Shown: positions 7,416-16,355, counted from the stretch's first letter. The stretch is DNA of 39,540 nucleotides from Thermodesulfobacteriota bacterium (GCA_036381125.1 DASVDK010000271.1:1-39540); one strand, 5' to 3'. Numbers and translations: made by a program. The notes: generated by a model not told the origin, from the sequence alone.

Positions 7416-8489
7416 CTACCACCCGGTCCAGAGGTAGAGGAACCGCGGCCCGGCCGGCTCCCCGGCGAGGCGCTCGAGGGCCTCGACCGCGCCGCCGGCG
7501 CCCGGCGCCGGATCGGCGCCGGCGTAGAGGTGCGTCGGCCGGGGGTCGCCCGGGCGGACGTAGAAGACCACCCGCGCCTCCGTGATCCCCGCGCGCCGCT
7601 TCGCCGCCTCGATGGCGTCCTCCATGTAGCCGATCCGATCGACCAGCCCGTTCGCGAGCGCCTGCTCGGCGACGTAGGTGCGGCCGTCGGCCAGGGCCCG
7701 GATCCGCTCCGGCTCGAGCGCCGGGCGTCCCGCCCGCACGGTGGCGAGGAACCGGGCGAACATGGCGTCCACCTGCGACTGCAGGATCGCTCGTTCCTCC
7801 GCCGTGAGCAGCCGCGCGCTGCTGCCGATGTCCTTGAAGCGGTCGCTCTTGATCGACTGATCGACGAGCCCGAGCTTGTCGTAGAGGCCGGCGAGGCTCA
7901 GGTCCTGGTAGATCACGCCGATCGACCCGGTGATCGTGGTCGGGTGCGCCACGATCTCGTCGGCGGCCATCGCGACGTAGTAGCCGCCCGACGCGGCGAG
8001 GTCGAGGAAGCTCGCGACGACCGGGACCTTCTTCTCCGCCTTGAAGCGGCCGATGGCCTGGTAGATGATGTCGCTCGCGGTCACGGTGCCGCCCGGGCTG
8101 TTGATTCGCAGGACGACCGCCTTCACGGCGTCGTCCTCGGCCGCCCGGTCGAGCTGCGCCTGGACCCGGTCGACCATGCTCTCGAGCGGCGAGAAGCCGA
8201 GCAGCCGGACCCGGGTCTCCCCGAGGATGATGCCGGTCAGGTCGACGACCGCGACCTTGTCCCGGCCCTCGCCCGACACGACGACCTCCTCGAGCGGTCC
8301 CGGTCTGCCCGGCCCGATGTTGATGGTGATGCACCCGCCGAGCAGCAGGCAGGCGGCCGCGAGCGCGAGGCGTTGACCCCGCCCCGGCCGCGCCCTACGA
8401 TCCGCCTGAATGGACGCGCTCTCGGCCCTGGGCACGCTGCTCGCCCTGCCGGCCCTTGCCGGCATCAACGCATACGCCACTGTTCTCAC
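7416..8489 (-). CDS. sppA: Signal peptide peptidase SppA (36K type). The exact start is uncertain.
   Basis: S49 peptidase core motifs (...VVLRINSPGGTVTASD...ASFLDLAASGGYYVAMAAD...TGSIGV...) follow a lipobox-like LLLGGC. The annotated start overlaps the divergent DUF4126 start by 80 nt, so the true start is probably further downstream. Confidence 0.75.
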   Translation of the reverse strand: MRTVAYALMPARAGRASSVPRAESASIQADRRARPGRGQRLALAAACLLLGGCITINIGPGRPGPLEEVVVSGEGRDKVAVVDLTGIILGETRVRLLGFSPLESMVDRVQAQLDRAAEDDAVKAVVLRINSPGGTVTASDIIYQAIGRFKAEKKVPVVASFLDLAASGGYYVAMAADEIVAHPTTITGSIGVIYQDLSLAGLYDKLGLVDQSIKSDRFKDIGSSARLLTAEERAILQSQVDAMFARFLATVRAGRPALEPERIRALADGRTYVAEQALANGLVDRIGYMEDAIEAAKRRAGITEARVVFYVRPGDPRPTHLYAGADPAPGAGGAVEALERLAGEPAGPRFLYLWTGW

Positions 8490-9453
8490 CGTCGGGCTCC
8501 TCCTGCGGGGCGGCCTGCTGACCCACCCGGTCTTCGCCGACCCGGCCTTCGCCGTGCTCGCCTCCGACTGGGTGATCGGGCTCGCCGCGTTGCTCTACCT
8601 CGTCGAGTTCCTCGCGGACAAGATCCCGGCGGTCGATCACATCTGGGACCTGGTCCATACGTTCGTCCGGCCGCCCATCGGCGCGGCACTCGCGCTGGCC
8701 GGCATGGGGGCCATCGACCCGGACGCCGGCCTGCCGGTCATGGTCGGCGCGGCTCTCCTCGGCGGAGCCGCGGCCGCGGCCACGCATCTCACCAAGACGA
8801 CGACGCGGGTCGTCACGTCGAACCTCTCGCTCGGCAGCGCCAACTGGCTCGTCTCGCTGCTCGAGGACCTCACGGCCATCGGCGGCACGTGGCTCGCGCT
8901 GGTCGTGCCGGCCGCGGCCGGCGTACTGGCCGTCGCCTTCCTGGTCCTCTTCGCCGCGCTCTTTCCCCGCGTGATCCGCGCGCTCGTCGCGCTCGCCCGG
9001 AAGGCGGCCTCGGCCACGCGGGCCCTCGGCGCCCGGGGAGCCGCGGGCCGCGACCCGCTGCGCGAGCCGCTGCCGGTCGACGTGGAGGCGGCCTTCGCCG
9101 CCGCGGGCGGCCGCGGCCCGGTCGAGGTCTCGCTGCCGGTGATTCTCGGCCGGCTCGGCGGTCGCGGCGGCGGCTGGCTCGTGGCCACCTCCTCCCACGT
9201 CGGCTGCCTCGCCCGGCGCTGGCGGGGTCCGCGGGGCCCGGTCGTACCGGTCGCGGACCTCGGCCCTCCCCGCGTCGAGCGCGGCCTCCTCTCGGACACG
9301 CTGCTGCTGCCCACCCCCCGCGGCCTCTGGCGGCTCACGCTCCTCCGGGAGCCGGGCCGCTCGCCCGAGTCGGTCGCGGCCCGCCTCGCGAGCCTCGCCG
9401 CTCGGGCCCACGGCGCGCCGGCGCCGCCGGTCGCGAGCGGCCGCGGGGCTTGA
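8410..9453 (+). CDS. DUF4126-family integral membrane protein with a low-complexity C-terminal extension.
   Basis: The N-terminal 200 aa form hydrophobic helices with the family's LAGINAYATVL...DKIPAVDHIWD motif. Third codon positions are GC-rich. Confidence 0.6.
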   Translation: MDALSALGTLLALPALAGINAYATVLTVGLLLRGGLLTHPVFADPAFAVLASDWVIGLAALLYLVEFLADKIPAVDHIWDLVHTFVRPPIGAALALAGMGAIDPDAGLPVMVGAALLGGAAAAATHLTKTTTRVVTSNLSLGSANWLVSLLEDLTAIGGTWLALVVPAAAGVLAVAFLVLFAALFPRVIRALVALARKAASATRALGARGAAGRDPLREPLPVDVEAAFAAAGGRGPVEVSLPVILGRLGGRGGGWLVATSSHVGCLARRWRGPRGPVVPVADLGPPRVERGLLSDTLLLPTPRGLWRLTLLREPGRSPESVAARLASLAARAHGAPAPPVASGRGA

Positions 9454-9478
9454 CAGCCTGCCGCATCACCGTCAAAAT
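9450..9478 (+). promoter_or_regulatory. Sigma70-like promoter TTGACA-N17-CAAAAT about 24 nt upstream of tRNA-Glu.
   Basis: Seen in sequence. The -35 hexamer overlaps the DUF4126 stop codon. Confidence 0.35.
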
Positions 9479-9501
9479 TGCCAGGTTTTCCGCGACCGCA
9501 C

Positions 9502-9577
9502 GGCCCCATCGTCTAGCGGCCTAGGACATCGCCCTCTCACGGCGAAGACACGGGTTCGATTCCCGTTGGGGCTACCA
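9502..9577 (+). tRNA. tRNA-Glu, anticodon CUC, with the CCA end encoded.
   Basis: Manual cloverleaf folding. The acceptor stem is GGCCCCA/TGGGGCT, the D-arm is TCGTCTAGCGGCCTAGGAC, the anticodon stem-loop is TCGCC-CTCTCAC-GGCGA with anticodon CTC, and the T-arm is ACGGG-TTCGATT-CCCGT followed by ACCA. It aligns closely with E. coli tRNA-Glu. Confidence 0.85.
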
Positions 9578-9753
9578 CCCACCTCTTATCTATCTATCTC
9601 TTCGGCGCGCCTCCCTCGACGACCGTAACCGTTGCGAGTGCACCCGGCCTGCTGAACGTACAGGCGCGGCTGCCGGCGTCTCGGCCCGCGGCACGAGCGA
9701 GATCTCCCGGCTGTTCGGGCAGACCGTTCGACCGCGGCGGCGGGTTGGCTACA

Positions 9754-10521
9754 TCACCGCAGCGCCCCGAGCCGCGCCATGGCGAGGCCGAGCGTCGCCG
9801 CGAAGAGGTCGCGCACCTCGGGCGCGAGCGGGGCGCCGCTCGTGAGCAGCGGGCGGCCGACGCCGGGCGTCGCCCCCGACGGCACGGCCACCGCGGGCGC
9901 AAGGCGCTGAACCTCGGCCGCGAGGCTCCGCATGCGGCGCAGCGCCTCGGTCTCCTGCCCGCGCTCGACGAACTCGACGATCGTCCGGAGGCGGCCGGCG
10001 AGGAGCCCGCGCGCCGGCCCGCTCCGGATCCAGCCCATGCCGGCCAGGGCGGGGAGCTGATCGAGGAGCCCCTGCACCAGGTCGGTCGCGGAGCCGAGCG
10101 CGGCGGCCGGGGAGCCGGGCACCAGGGTCGGCACGCTGCGCACCGCCGAGCGCGTCCGGACCTCGGCGAGCGCCACGCGCGGCAGGCACTCCGACGAGAG
10201 CAGGAACCCCCCGCGCATCCACCCGGCCGAGACCCCGTCCGAGCCCCCCTCCCACCGGATGGTCCCGGCCTCCTGGCGGACGTCCCAGCCGGCGCTGGCG
10301 CGCACCGTCGCCTCGCCCGACTCGAGCAGCGCGAAGCCGGTGGCCGGGTCGGCCGCGCCGGCCGGGTTCGCGACGCCGTACCGGTACTCGCACGGCCCCT
10401 CGAGCGAGCGGCACTCCACACGGGCGAGGACGGTCGGCTCGGCGGGCGGCGCGTCCGACTGCGCGTGCGCCGCCCCGGCGAAGGCCAGGAGCGCTGCCGC
10501 GGCCGGCAGCGCGCGGATCAT
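9754..10521 (-). CDS. Secreted hypothetical protein with a signal peptide and a Cys-containing N-terminal region.
   Basis: MIRALPAAAALLAFAGAAHAQ is a signal peptide. Composition and third-position GC are consistent with coding. Three other overlapping ORFs at this locus are Arg-rich shadows. Its start overlaps the stop of the upstream thioesterase as ATGA. Confidence 0.55.
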   Translation of the reverse strand: MIRALPAAAALLAFAGAAHAQSDAPPAEPTVLARVECRSLEGPCEYRYGVANPAGAADPATGFALLESGEATVRASAGWDVRQEAGTIRWEGGSDGVSAGWMRGGFLLSSECLPRVALAEVRTRSAVRSVPTLVPGSPAAALGSATDLVQGLLDQLPALAGMGWIRSGPARGLLAGRLRTIVEFVERGQETEALRRMRSLAAEVQRLAPAVAVPSGATPGVGRPLLTSGAPLAPEVRDLFAATLGLAMARLGALR

Positions 10522-10958
10522 GGCTGGCGGCCCGGCCGGGCGGCGAGGCGGCGAGCCCGCCGCTCCCGGGCCGCGGCCTGTCGCCGGCGGTCGTCGTCGC
10601 TCTCGGCGACGAGCGGCGGCACCTCGGTGGGTTGTCCGTCCTTGCCGAGGGCGACGAAGACCAGGTAGCCGCTCGCGGTGTGCGTCACCTCGCCCGTGAG
10701 GATGTTCTCCGCCTCCACGCGGACGCCCACCTCCATCGAGGTCCGGCCGGCGTCGTTGACCGAGGCCTTCACGGTGACCAGGTGGCCGAGCGCCACCGGG
10801 GCGAGGAACGAGAAGGAGTCGATCGCGGCGGTGACGACCGGCCGGCGGCAGTGCCGCGCGGCAGCGGTGCCGGCGGCCTCGTCCATGAGCCGCATGATGA
10901 CGCCGCCGTGGACGTTGCCGAGGTGGTTGGCGTCGGCGGGCTGCATCGTCCGGCTCAT
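10518..10958 (-). CDS. Hotdog-fold acyl-CoA thioesterase (YciA-like).
   Basis: ...ANHLGNVHGGVIMRLMDEAAGTAAARHC...VTAAIDSFSFLAPVALGHLVTVKASV...GRTSMEVGVRV... is the hotdog thioesterase core. The start was chosen at the internal ATG 10958, because the upstream 98 codons are low-complexity. Confidence 0.7.
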   Translation of the reverse strand: MSRTMQPADANHLGNVHGGVIMRLMDEAAGTAAARHCRRPVVTAAIDSFSFLAPVALGHLVTVKASVNDAGRTSMEVGVRVEAENILTGEVTHTASGYLVFVALGKDGQPTEVPPLVAESDDDRRRQAAARERRARRLAARPGRQP

Positions 10959-11005
10959 GACGACGCGGGACGCGCTGACCGGGCGGGCTTCCACGTGACT
11001 CCTCC

Positions 11006-11014
11006 TGCTATACT
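11006..11014 (+). promoter_or_regulatory. Extended -10 element cTGcTATACT ending 7 nt before the ATG at 11022, giving a leaderless configuration.
   Basis: Seen in sequence. No good -35 hexamer, consistent with an extended -10 promoter. Confidence 0.3.
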
Positions 11015-11021
11015 CCGCGCC

Positions 11022-11294
11022 ATGGGGCTCTGGGGCGGGCGACGCGAGCGCGGGACCGCGGTCGTCGTCATCGGCGCGCCGGGCGTTGCCGAGGTCACGA
11101 CGGGGCGGCTCCTGTCGATCGAGGGCGACCGGATCGTCCTCGAGGACGACGCCGGCCGGACGCGCACCGCCGACCGCGCGCGCACCTTCCGCGCCACGCC
11201 CGACCACCTGGCTCGCCTGCGCGCGCTCCAGGTCACCGAGCGCCTCCTCCACGACCAGTTCGAGGCGTTGATGGCCGAGATGGAGCGGATCTGA
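11022..11294 (+). CDS. Hypothetical 90-aa protein, divergent from the thioesterase.
   Basis: MGLWGGRRERGTAVVVIGAPGVAEVTTGRLLSIEGDRIVLEDDAGRT...LHDQFEALMAEMERI has about 95% GC at third positions and non-degenerate composition. It is the 3' part of the listed 10632..11294 ORF, after that ORF leaves the antisense of the thioesterase. Confidence 0.45.
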   Translation: MGLWGGRRERGTAVVVIGAPGVAEVTTGRLLSIEGDRIVLEDDAGRTRTADRARTFRATPDHLARLRALQVTERLLHDQFEALMAEMERI

Positions 11295-11298
11295 CCCG

Positions 11299-12306
11299 CT
11301 ACTTCGCCGCCGGCGAGGCCGCCGGGTCGGGTGAGGCCGAGGCCTCGGGCGACGGCGTGGGCGGCGGCGCGAGCAGGTCCGCGGGCCCCTTGGCCAGCGC
11401 CTCGAGCGACGACGCCTGCACCAGATAGACCGTCGGATCGCCCTCCACCCGCACCGGGGTCCGGTCGCCCCCCGCCGCGTCGCCGATCGTCACCGTCCGG
11501 CGCTCTCCCCCGGCAAGCTCGAGGACCACGGTGCGCGCCGGGTCGGCGAGGCCGCGCGGCGTCGCCGTTCCCGGGTCGTCGCCGACGACCTCGACCATCC
11601 GCATGCCGGTCGCCGCCTCGACGACCCGCTCGGCCTGGTACTGGTCGACCTCGCGGCCGGCCTGCGTCCCCTCGACCTTCCAGTCGTCCCCGTCCTTCGT
11701 GATGACCAGCGACGGCTTCGCGGTCCCCTTGCCCGGCCGCACCTCGAGCCGCGTGACGTCGTCGGCCTCCACGTCGAGCACCTGCTTGTCGCGCAGGTCG
11801 AAGAGGCTCTGGTTCGCGTCGGTCTTCACGTAGGCCGGCAGCACGAGCACCTCGTCCTGCCCGGGCCGCTGCGCGTAGACCCCGCCGCCGACCGGCGTGT
11901 TCGCGCCGAAGGCCAGCGCGCGCGGGCCGGCCGAGGTCTCGAGCGTCACCGTGAGGGCCGGCGCGGCGAGTCCGTACTCGGCCGCCTTCGGGTCGACCCC
12001 TTCGAGCACCCGATCGCGGGTGGCGCCGGCGACGGCGTCGACGATCCGTCGGGCGTTCACCTGGTCGGTGCGGACGGCGCGCGGCGCGACGACCTTCCAC
12101 TGGTCCTGCTCGCGCGTGAGCCGCACGGCCGGCTCGCCCGGCCGCTCCAGCGTGATCGCCTGCACGTCCTCCGGCTTCACGTCGAGGACCTTCTTCGCGG
12201 CCGCCTCCCGCTCCTCGACCCGGCCGGCGCGCCACTCCAGCCCGAAGTAGACCGCCAGCAGCAGCGCGAAGAGGCCGACGAGCAGTCCGGCCCTCGCGGG
12301 GCTCAT
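11299..12306 (-). CDS. DUF4340-family protein, accessory to the GldG-like ABC transporter.
   Basis: The true start is at ATG 12306 (MSPARAGLLVGLFALLLAVYFG, an N-terminal TM helix) and overlaps the upstream stop as ATGA. The listed N-terminal 161 codons are Arg/Gly junk. Confidence 0.65.
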   Translation of the reverse strand: MSPARAGLLVGLFALLLAVYFGLEWRAGRVEEREAAAKKVLDVKPEDVQAITLERPGEPAVRLTREQDQWKVVAPRAVRTDQVNARRIVDAVAGATRDRVLEGVDPKAAEYGLAAPALTVTLETSAGPRALAFGANTPVGGGVYAQRPGQDEVLVLPAYVKTDANQSLFDLRDKQVLDVEADDVTRLEVRPGKGTAKPSLVITKDGDDWKVEGTQAGREVDQYQAERVVEAATGMRMVEVVGDDPGTATPRGLADPARTVVLELAGGERRTVTIGDAAGGDRTPVRVEGDPTVYLVQASSLEALAKGPADLLAPPPTPSPEASASPDPAASPAAK

Positions 12307-13757
12307 GCGTGCCGCCTCCGCCTCGACGCCCAGGTCGCCACGCCGGCGGCCGTGACGAGCGCCGGCAGCCCGAGCCAGACGAGGAACGCGGCAAAGCTCT
12401 GCCCGGGCGTGAGGAAGAGCGGCTGCGCCGACGGGGACCGCTCGGCGATGGAGAGGATGGCGTCGGCCGACGCCAGCCAGGCCACCGACGACACGGCCAG
12501 CTCGCGGTTGGCCGGCTGGTGGAGGAGCTGGTTCGTGGCGAAGTCGACGTCGCCGACGACGACCAGGCGGCCCCGCTTCGCCGCGTCGGCCGACGCCTCG
12601 GGGGAGGCGGCCGGCGAGGCCGCGGCCTCGGGCGACGCGTCCGGCTCCGGCGAGGCCTGCGGCTTCGCCGAGTCGGGCGCCGGCAGCGTGGCCGCCACCG
12701 CCACGGTGACCGGCCCCTTCAGGTCGCGCTTCGCGTCGAAGCGGGCGTCCACGGTGTCGCGCCGGGCCGGGTCGATCGGCGTCGCCCACGAGGTGGGCGA
12801 CGTCTTCGCGAGCCAGGTGAGGTCCACGCCGGCCGGCGGCTGGTCGGCCGGGATGACCGGCCGCGCGATCGGCATGTAGCCGACGAAGCCGCCGTTGCCG
12901 AGGCCGCGGCTGACGGGGTGACTGCCGAACTGCTCGACGACGGCGACGCGCGGATCGGGCATGACCAGCGTGACGTTCGGCTCGAGGACGATGGCGTCGC
13001 GCAGGTCGATGCCGTACGGCTTGACCAGCCCGGCCAGCTCCGGGGTCGCGGCCTCCGGGAGGTCGGCCATGAGGAGCAGGTGTCCGCCCCGCTCGAGGAA
13101 GGCCCTCAGCCGCTCCGCCTCGCTCTCGAGCACGTCGACGCGCGGGCCCGCCATGACGACCACGTCCGCGTCGTCCGGGATGGCGGCGGCCGTGGCGACG
13201 TTGATCGTCGCGGTCGTGTAGCCGGCGTCCTCGAGCGTCGTCCTGAGCTGCGCGAGCCCGCGCTCGGCCGGGTCGTCGATCTGCCGCTCGCCGTGCCCGG
13301 TGGTGAAGTAGACCTTGCGCTGCCCCTCGCGCGTCACCTTGAGGATGGCGTTGGTGAGCTTGGTCTCGTCGGGGAAGGTCACCGTCTCCCGGCGGTCGCC
13401 GCTCTCGACGACGACCGTCTCGTTCGCGGTGACGCGGTACTGCTCGGTCCGGCCGACCTGCTTCTGCGGGTCGATCATCTCGTAGCGGATCCGCCGGGAG
13501 GCGTTGGCGTACTGCTTGAGGAGGTCCTCCGCCTCACGGCTCGTCCCCTGCCCGCCGATGTAGAACGCCAGGAGCGAGACGTCCCGGTCGAGGCCGTCGA
13601 GGGCGCGCAGGCTCTCCGCCGAGAGGCTCTGGCGCTTGTTCGCGGTGAGGTCCCAGGTCTCGTACGCCCGCTGCGAGATCAGGGCCGCGACGACGAGGAT
13701 CGCGACGACGGCCAGCGTGCCGACCACCGCGCCGAGCCCGTACGTGGTCCGGTTCAT
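12303..13757 (-). CDS. GldG-like ABC-transporter auxiliary component (Gldg family).
   Basis: It starts at MNRTTYGLGAVVGTLAVVAILVV with an N-terminal TM helix, has a large periplasmic domain, and ends in a C-terminal TM helix (...FLTPGQSFAAFLVWLGLPALV). It directly follows the ABC-2 permease. Confidence 0.7.
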   Translation of the reverse strand: MNRTTYGLGAVVGTLAVVAILVVAALISQRAYETWDLTANKRQSLSAESLRALDGLDRDVSLLAFYIGGQGTSREAEDLLKQYANASRRIRYEMIDPQKQVGRTEQYRVTANETVVVESGDRRETVTFPDETKLTNAILKVTREGQRKVYFTTGHGERQIDDPAERGLAQLRTTLEDAGYTTATINVATAAAIPDDADVVVMAGPRVDVLESEAERLRAFLERGGHLLLMADLPEAATPELAGLVKPYGIDLRDAIVLEPNVTLVMPDPRVAVVEQFGSHPVSRGLGNGGFVGYMPIARPVIPADQPPAGVDLTWLAKTSPTSWATPIDPARRDTVDARFDAKRDLKGPVTVAVAATLPAPDSAKPQASPEPDASPEAAASPAASPEASADAAKRGRLVVVGDVDFATNQLLHQPANRELAVSSVAWLASADAILSIAERSPSAQPLFLTPGQSFAAFLVWLGLPALVTAAGVATWASRRRRHA

Positions 13758-13762
13758 GGCGT

Positions 13763-14533
13763 TCACGCCCTCCAGCGGCGCGCGTCGAGCGTCCGCCACG
13801 TGAGGAAGAGGCCGAGCGTCGTGGCGAGGACGTAGTAGACGACGTCGCGCGTGTCGAGGACCCCCCGGGCGAAGCTCTCGAGGTGCCCCTGGATGGACAG
13901 GTAGCGCAGCACCGTCGACACGGTCCCCTGGGTCGCGTCGCCGAGCCACCCGAGGATGAAGGCGAGCAGCGCGAAGCCGAAGCCGATGAGGGCCGCGACG
14001 ATCTGGTTCTCCGTGAGGGTGGAGAAGAACATGCCCCACGCGAAGAGCGCGAAGGCGAGCGCCACGAGCCCGAGGTACCCGGTGACGACCGGCCCCCACT
14101 CCACCGTCCCGACGGCGGCGATGTACGCCGGGTAGGCGAACGTCAGCACGAGCATGAGGCCGAACGCCGCGAACACCGCGAGCAGCTTGCCCAGGATCAC
14201 GTCGCCGTCCCGCACCGGGTAGGACAGCAGCAGCTCGATCGTGCCCTGCCGCCGCTCCTCGGCGAAGAGCCGCATGGTGAGCAGCGGCATCATGAGGAGC
14301 ATGATGATCCAGACGTTGGCGAAGATCGGCCGGAAGACGATCTCGGTCGAGTTGAGATACGTGGCGGCGAACGGCTGCCCCGCCGCCCTGAGGCTCGCCT
14401 CCGCGTACGCCCGGACCGTGAGGTAGAAGAAGGCCCCCGTGATGAGCAGGAAGATCGTCGCCATCACGTAGACGATCGGCGAGGCGAAGTACGCGCGCAG
14501 CTCGCGCTGGAAGATCGCGACGACGTTCCGCAC
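13763..14533 (-). CDS. ABC-2 family transporter permease (GldF-like).
   Basis: A 256-aa polytopic membrane protein. MRNVVAIFQRELRAYFASPIVYV... is the characteristic ABC-2 N-terminus. Confidence 0.8.
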   Translation of the reverse strand: MRNVVAIFQRELRAYFASPIVYVMATIFLLITGAFFYLTVRAYAEASLRAAGQPFAATYLNSTEIVFRPIFANVWIIMLLMMPLLTMRLFAEERRQGTIELLLSYPVRDGDVILGKLLAVFAAFGLMLVLTFAYPAYIAAVGTVEWGPVVTGYLGLVALAFALFAWGMFFSTLTENQIVAALIGFGFALLAFILGWLGDATQGTVSTVLRYLSIQGHLESFARGVLDTRDVVYYVLATTLGLFLTWRTLDARRWRA

Positions 14534-14536
14534 GAC

Positions 14537-15613
14537 CTACTCCTTTCCGGCCGGCTCGGCGGCCGGGTCCGCGGGCGCCCCGGTCCCCTCCGCCCGGGCC
14601 GCGTCCGCGACCGGCTCCGGCGCATCGTCCTCCGCGTGGGGGCCCCCGTCCTTCGTCACCAGCGAGATGAAGACGCTCTCGAGCGTGGCGGCGGCCCCGT
14701 GCAGCTCGAGGAGCGGCCAGCCGCGCGAGACGACCGCGCGCGCGATCTCGGGCCGAAGGTCCGTGCCGACGCGCTGCGCCACGCGCAGCCTGGCGACCGC
14801 CCCGTCCTCCCCGGGCGCGGCCGGCAGGACGGTGACCCCCCGATCGGCCGGCGGACGCGGGTCGCCCGGGGCGACGAGGTCGGCCAGGACGGCGGCCAGC
14901 GTGTCGGCCGGCGCCGCGGCGGCCACGGTCACGTCACCGCCGAGCCCCTGCTCCCGGCCGATGGTGTCGGGACGGCCGTCGGCGAGGAGCCGCCCGCGGT
15001 GGACGATGAGGACGCGCGAGCAGATCATCTCCACCTCGGGGAGGATGTGCGTCGAGAGGATCACGGTGCGCGTCCCGGCGAGATGCCGGATCAGCTCGCG
15101 GATCTCCCGGATCTGCGCGGGGTCGAGCCCGGAGGTCGGCTCGTCGAGCACGAGCACGTCCGGGTCGCCGAGCAGCGCCTGCGCGAGCCCCACTCGCTGG
15201 CGGTACCCCTTGGAGAGCCGACCGATCTGCCGGTCGGCCACGTGGGCGATGCCGCAGGCCGACAGCACGGCGTCGATCTTCCCCGGCCGTTCGCTCCCCG
15301 CCACCCCCTTCACCTTGCCGACGAAGTCGAGGTAGGCGCGTACCGGCATGTCCGTGTAGAGCGGCGCGCTCTCGGGGAGGTAGCCGACGTGGCGGCGCGC
15401 CTCGAGCGAGGCGGTGACGACGTCGTGGCCCGCGATCGACGCGCGGCCGCGCGTCGGCGGGATGAAGCCGGTCAGGATGCGCATCGTCGTCGTCTTGCCG
15501 GCGCCGTTGAGGCCGAGGAAGCCGACGATCTCCCCTTTCTCAACCGAGAAGGACAGCCCCTCGATGGCCGAGATGCGCCCGTAGCGCTTCGTGAGCCCTT
15601 CAACCTGGATCAT
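14537..15613 (-). CDS. ABC transporter ATP-binding protein (GldA-like).
   Basis: MIQVEGLTKRYG..., Walker A GLNGAGKTTT, signature LSKGYRQRVGLAQAL and Walker B VLVLDEPTSGLD are all present. The start was placed at the internal ATG 15613. Confidence 0.85.
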   Translation of the reverse strand: MIQVEGLTKRYGRISAIEGLSFSVEKGEIVGFLGLNGAGKTTTMRILTGFIPPTRGRASIAGHDVVTASLEARRHVGYLPESAPLYTDMPVRAYLDFVGKVKGVAGSERPGKIDAVLSACGIAHVADRQIGRLSKGYRQRVGLAQALLGDPDVLVLDEPTSGLDPAQIREIRELIRHLAGTRTVILSTHILPEVEMICSRVLIVHRGRLLADGRPDTIGREQGLGGDVTVAAAAPADTLAAVLADLVAPGDPRPPADRGVTVLPAAPGEDGAVARLRVAQRVGTDLRPEIARAVVSRGWPLLELHGAAATLESVFISLVTKDGGPHAEDDAPEPVADAARAEGTGAPADPAAEPAGKE

Positions 15614-15782
15614 CGCTGTCGTTCCCGTGTCCCCGGGCGTGTCGCCCTGGAGCCTCCGACGAACCGTGCGGGACGGGGACGCGGCCCCTCGCGCCACGCG
15701 TGCCGCCCGCGGATCGGCGTCACACGGCGCTCCGGGCCGAAGCCCGGGCCCCGCCGGACGCGGGGCGCGCTCCCGCCATGTG

Positions 15783-16355
15783 CTAGCGGTCGATCTCCCG
15801 GATGAGATGACCGAGTTCGGGCAGGATCAGCTTCGTCATGGCCAGCCGCACCGCGCCGGGCGAGCCGGGCAGGCTGAAGACCAGCTTGCGGTCGACGACG
15901 CCGGCCACGGCGCGCGAGAGCATGGCGGACGAGCCGATCTCCTGATAGCTCAGCATCCGGAAGAGTTCGCCGAACCCGTCGAGCCGCCGGCTCCGGAAGC
16001 GTCGACGCAGGTAATCCTCGACGACTTCGTACGTGCAGTCGCGGCGGCCCACGCCGGTGCCACCGGTGAAGAGGATGGCCTGCACGCGCCGGTCGTCGAG
16101 GGCCGACCGGAACACCTCCTGGATCGCCGACTCGTCGTCGCGGACCAGGCGGTAGCCGACGACCTCGTGGCCCGCCTCCGTCAGGAGACGCACGAGGAGG
16201 CATCCGCCCTCGTCGGTCTCGGGCGTCCGGGTGTCGCTCGTCGTGACGACGAAGCACGCCACCCGGCCGGGAGCGGCCGCTTTGTGCGCCTCGTGGGTCG
16301 CCGGCGCCCCCGCCTGCGCCGAGGCCGCCGGCTCGTGGCTCCCCGAGTGCGCCAT
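15783..16355 (-). CDS. moaB: Molybdenum cofactor biosynthesis protein MoaB/MogA family.
   Basis: ...VACFVVTTSDTR...AILFTGGTGVGRRDCTYEVVED...GSSAMLSRAVAGVVDRKLVFSLPGSPGAVRLAM matches the MogA/MoaB fold, including the GGTG motif. The start is at ATG 16355, preceded by AGGGGG. Confidence 0.75.
   Translation of the reverse strand: MAHSGSHEPAASAQAGAPATHEAHKAAAPGRVACFVVTTSDTRTPETDEGGCLLVRLLTEAGHEVVGYRLVRDDESAIQEVFRSALDDRRVQAILFTGGTGVGRRDCTYEVVEDYLRRRFRSRRLDGFGELFRMLSYQEIGSSAMLSRAVAGVVDRKLVFSLPGSPGAVRLAMTKLILPELGHLIREIDR

Noticed and set aside
7317-9524. A 735-aa plus-strand ORF.
   Set aside because: It is antisense to sppA and a frame shadow of DUF4126, with low-complexity translation.
9578-9753. 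A genomic island integrated at tRNA-Glu.
   Set aside because: There is no integrase, no direct repeat of the tRNA 3' end and no GC shift within the window. Only the TATC microsatellite is noted.
10955-12789. ORFs of 479 and 496 aa on the minus strand with long Arg/Gly N-termini.
   Set aside because: The first is entirely shadow. The second is real only from ATG 12306 (the DUF4340 protein).
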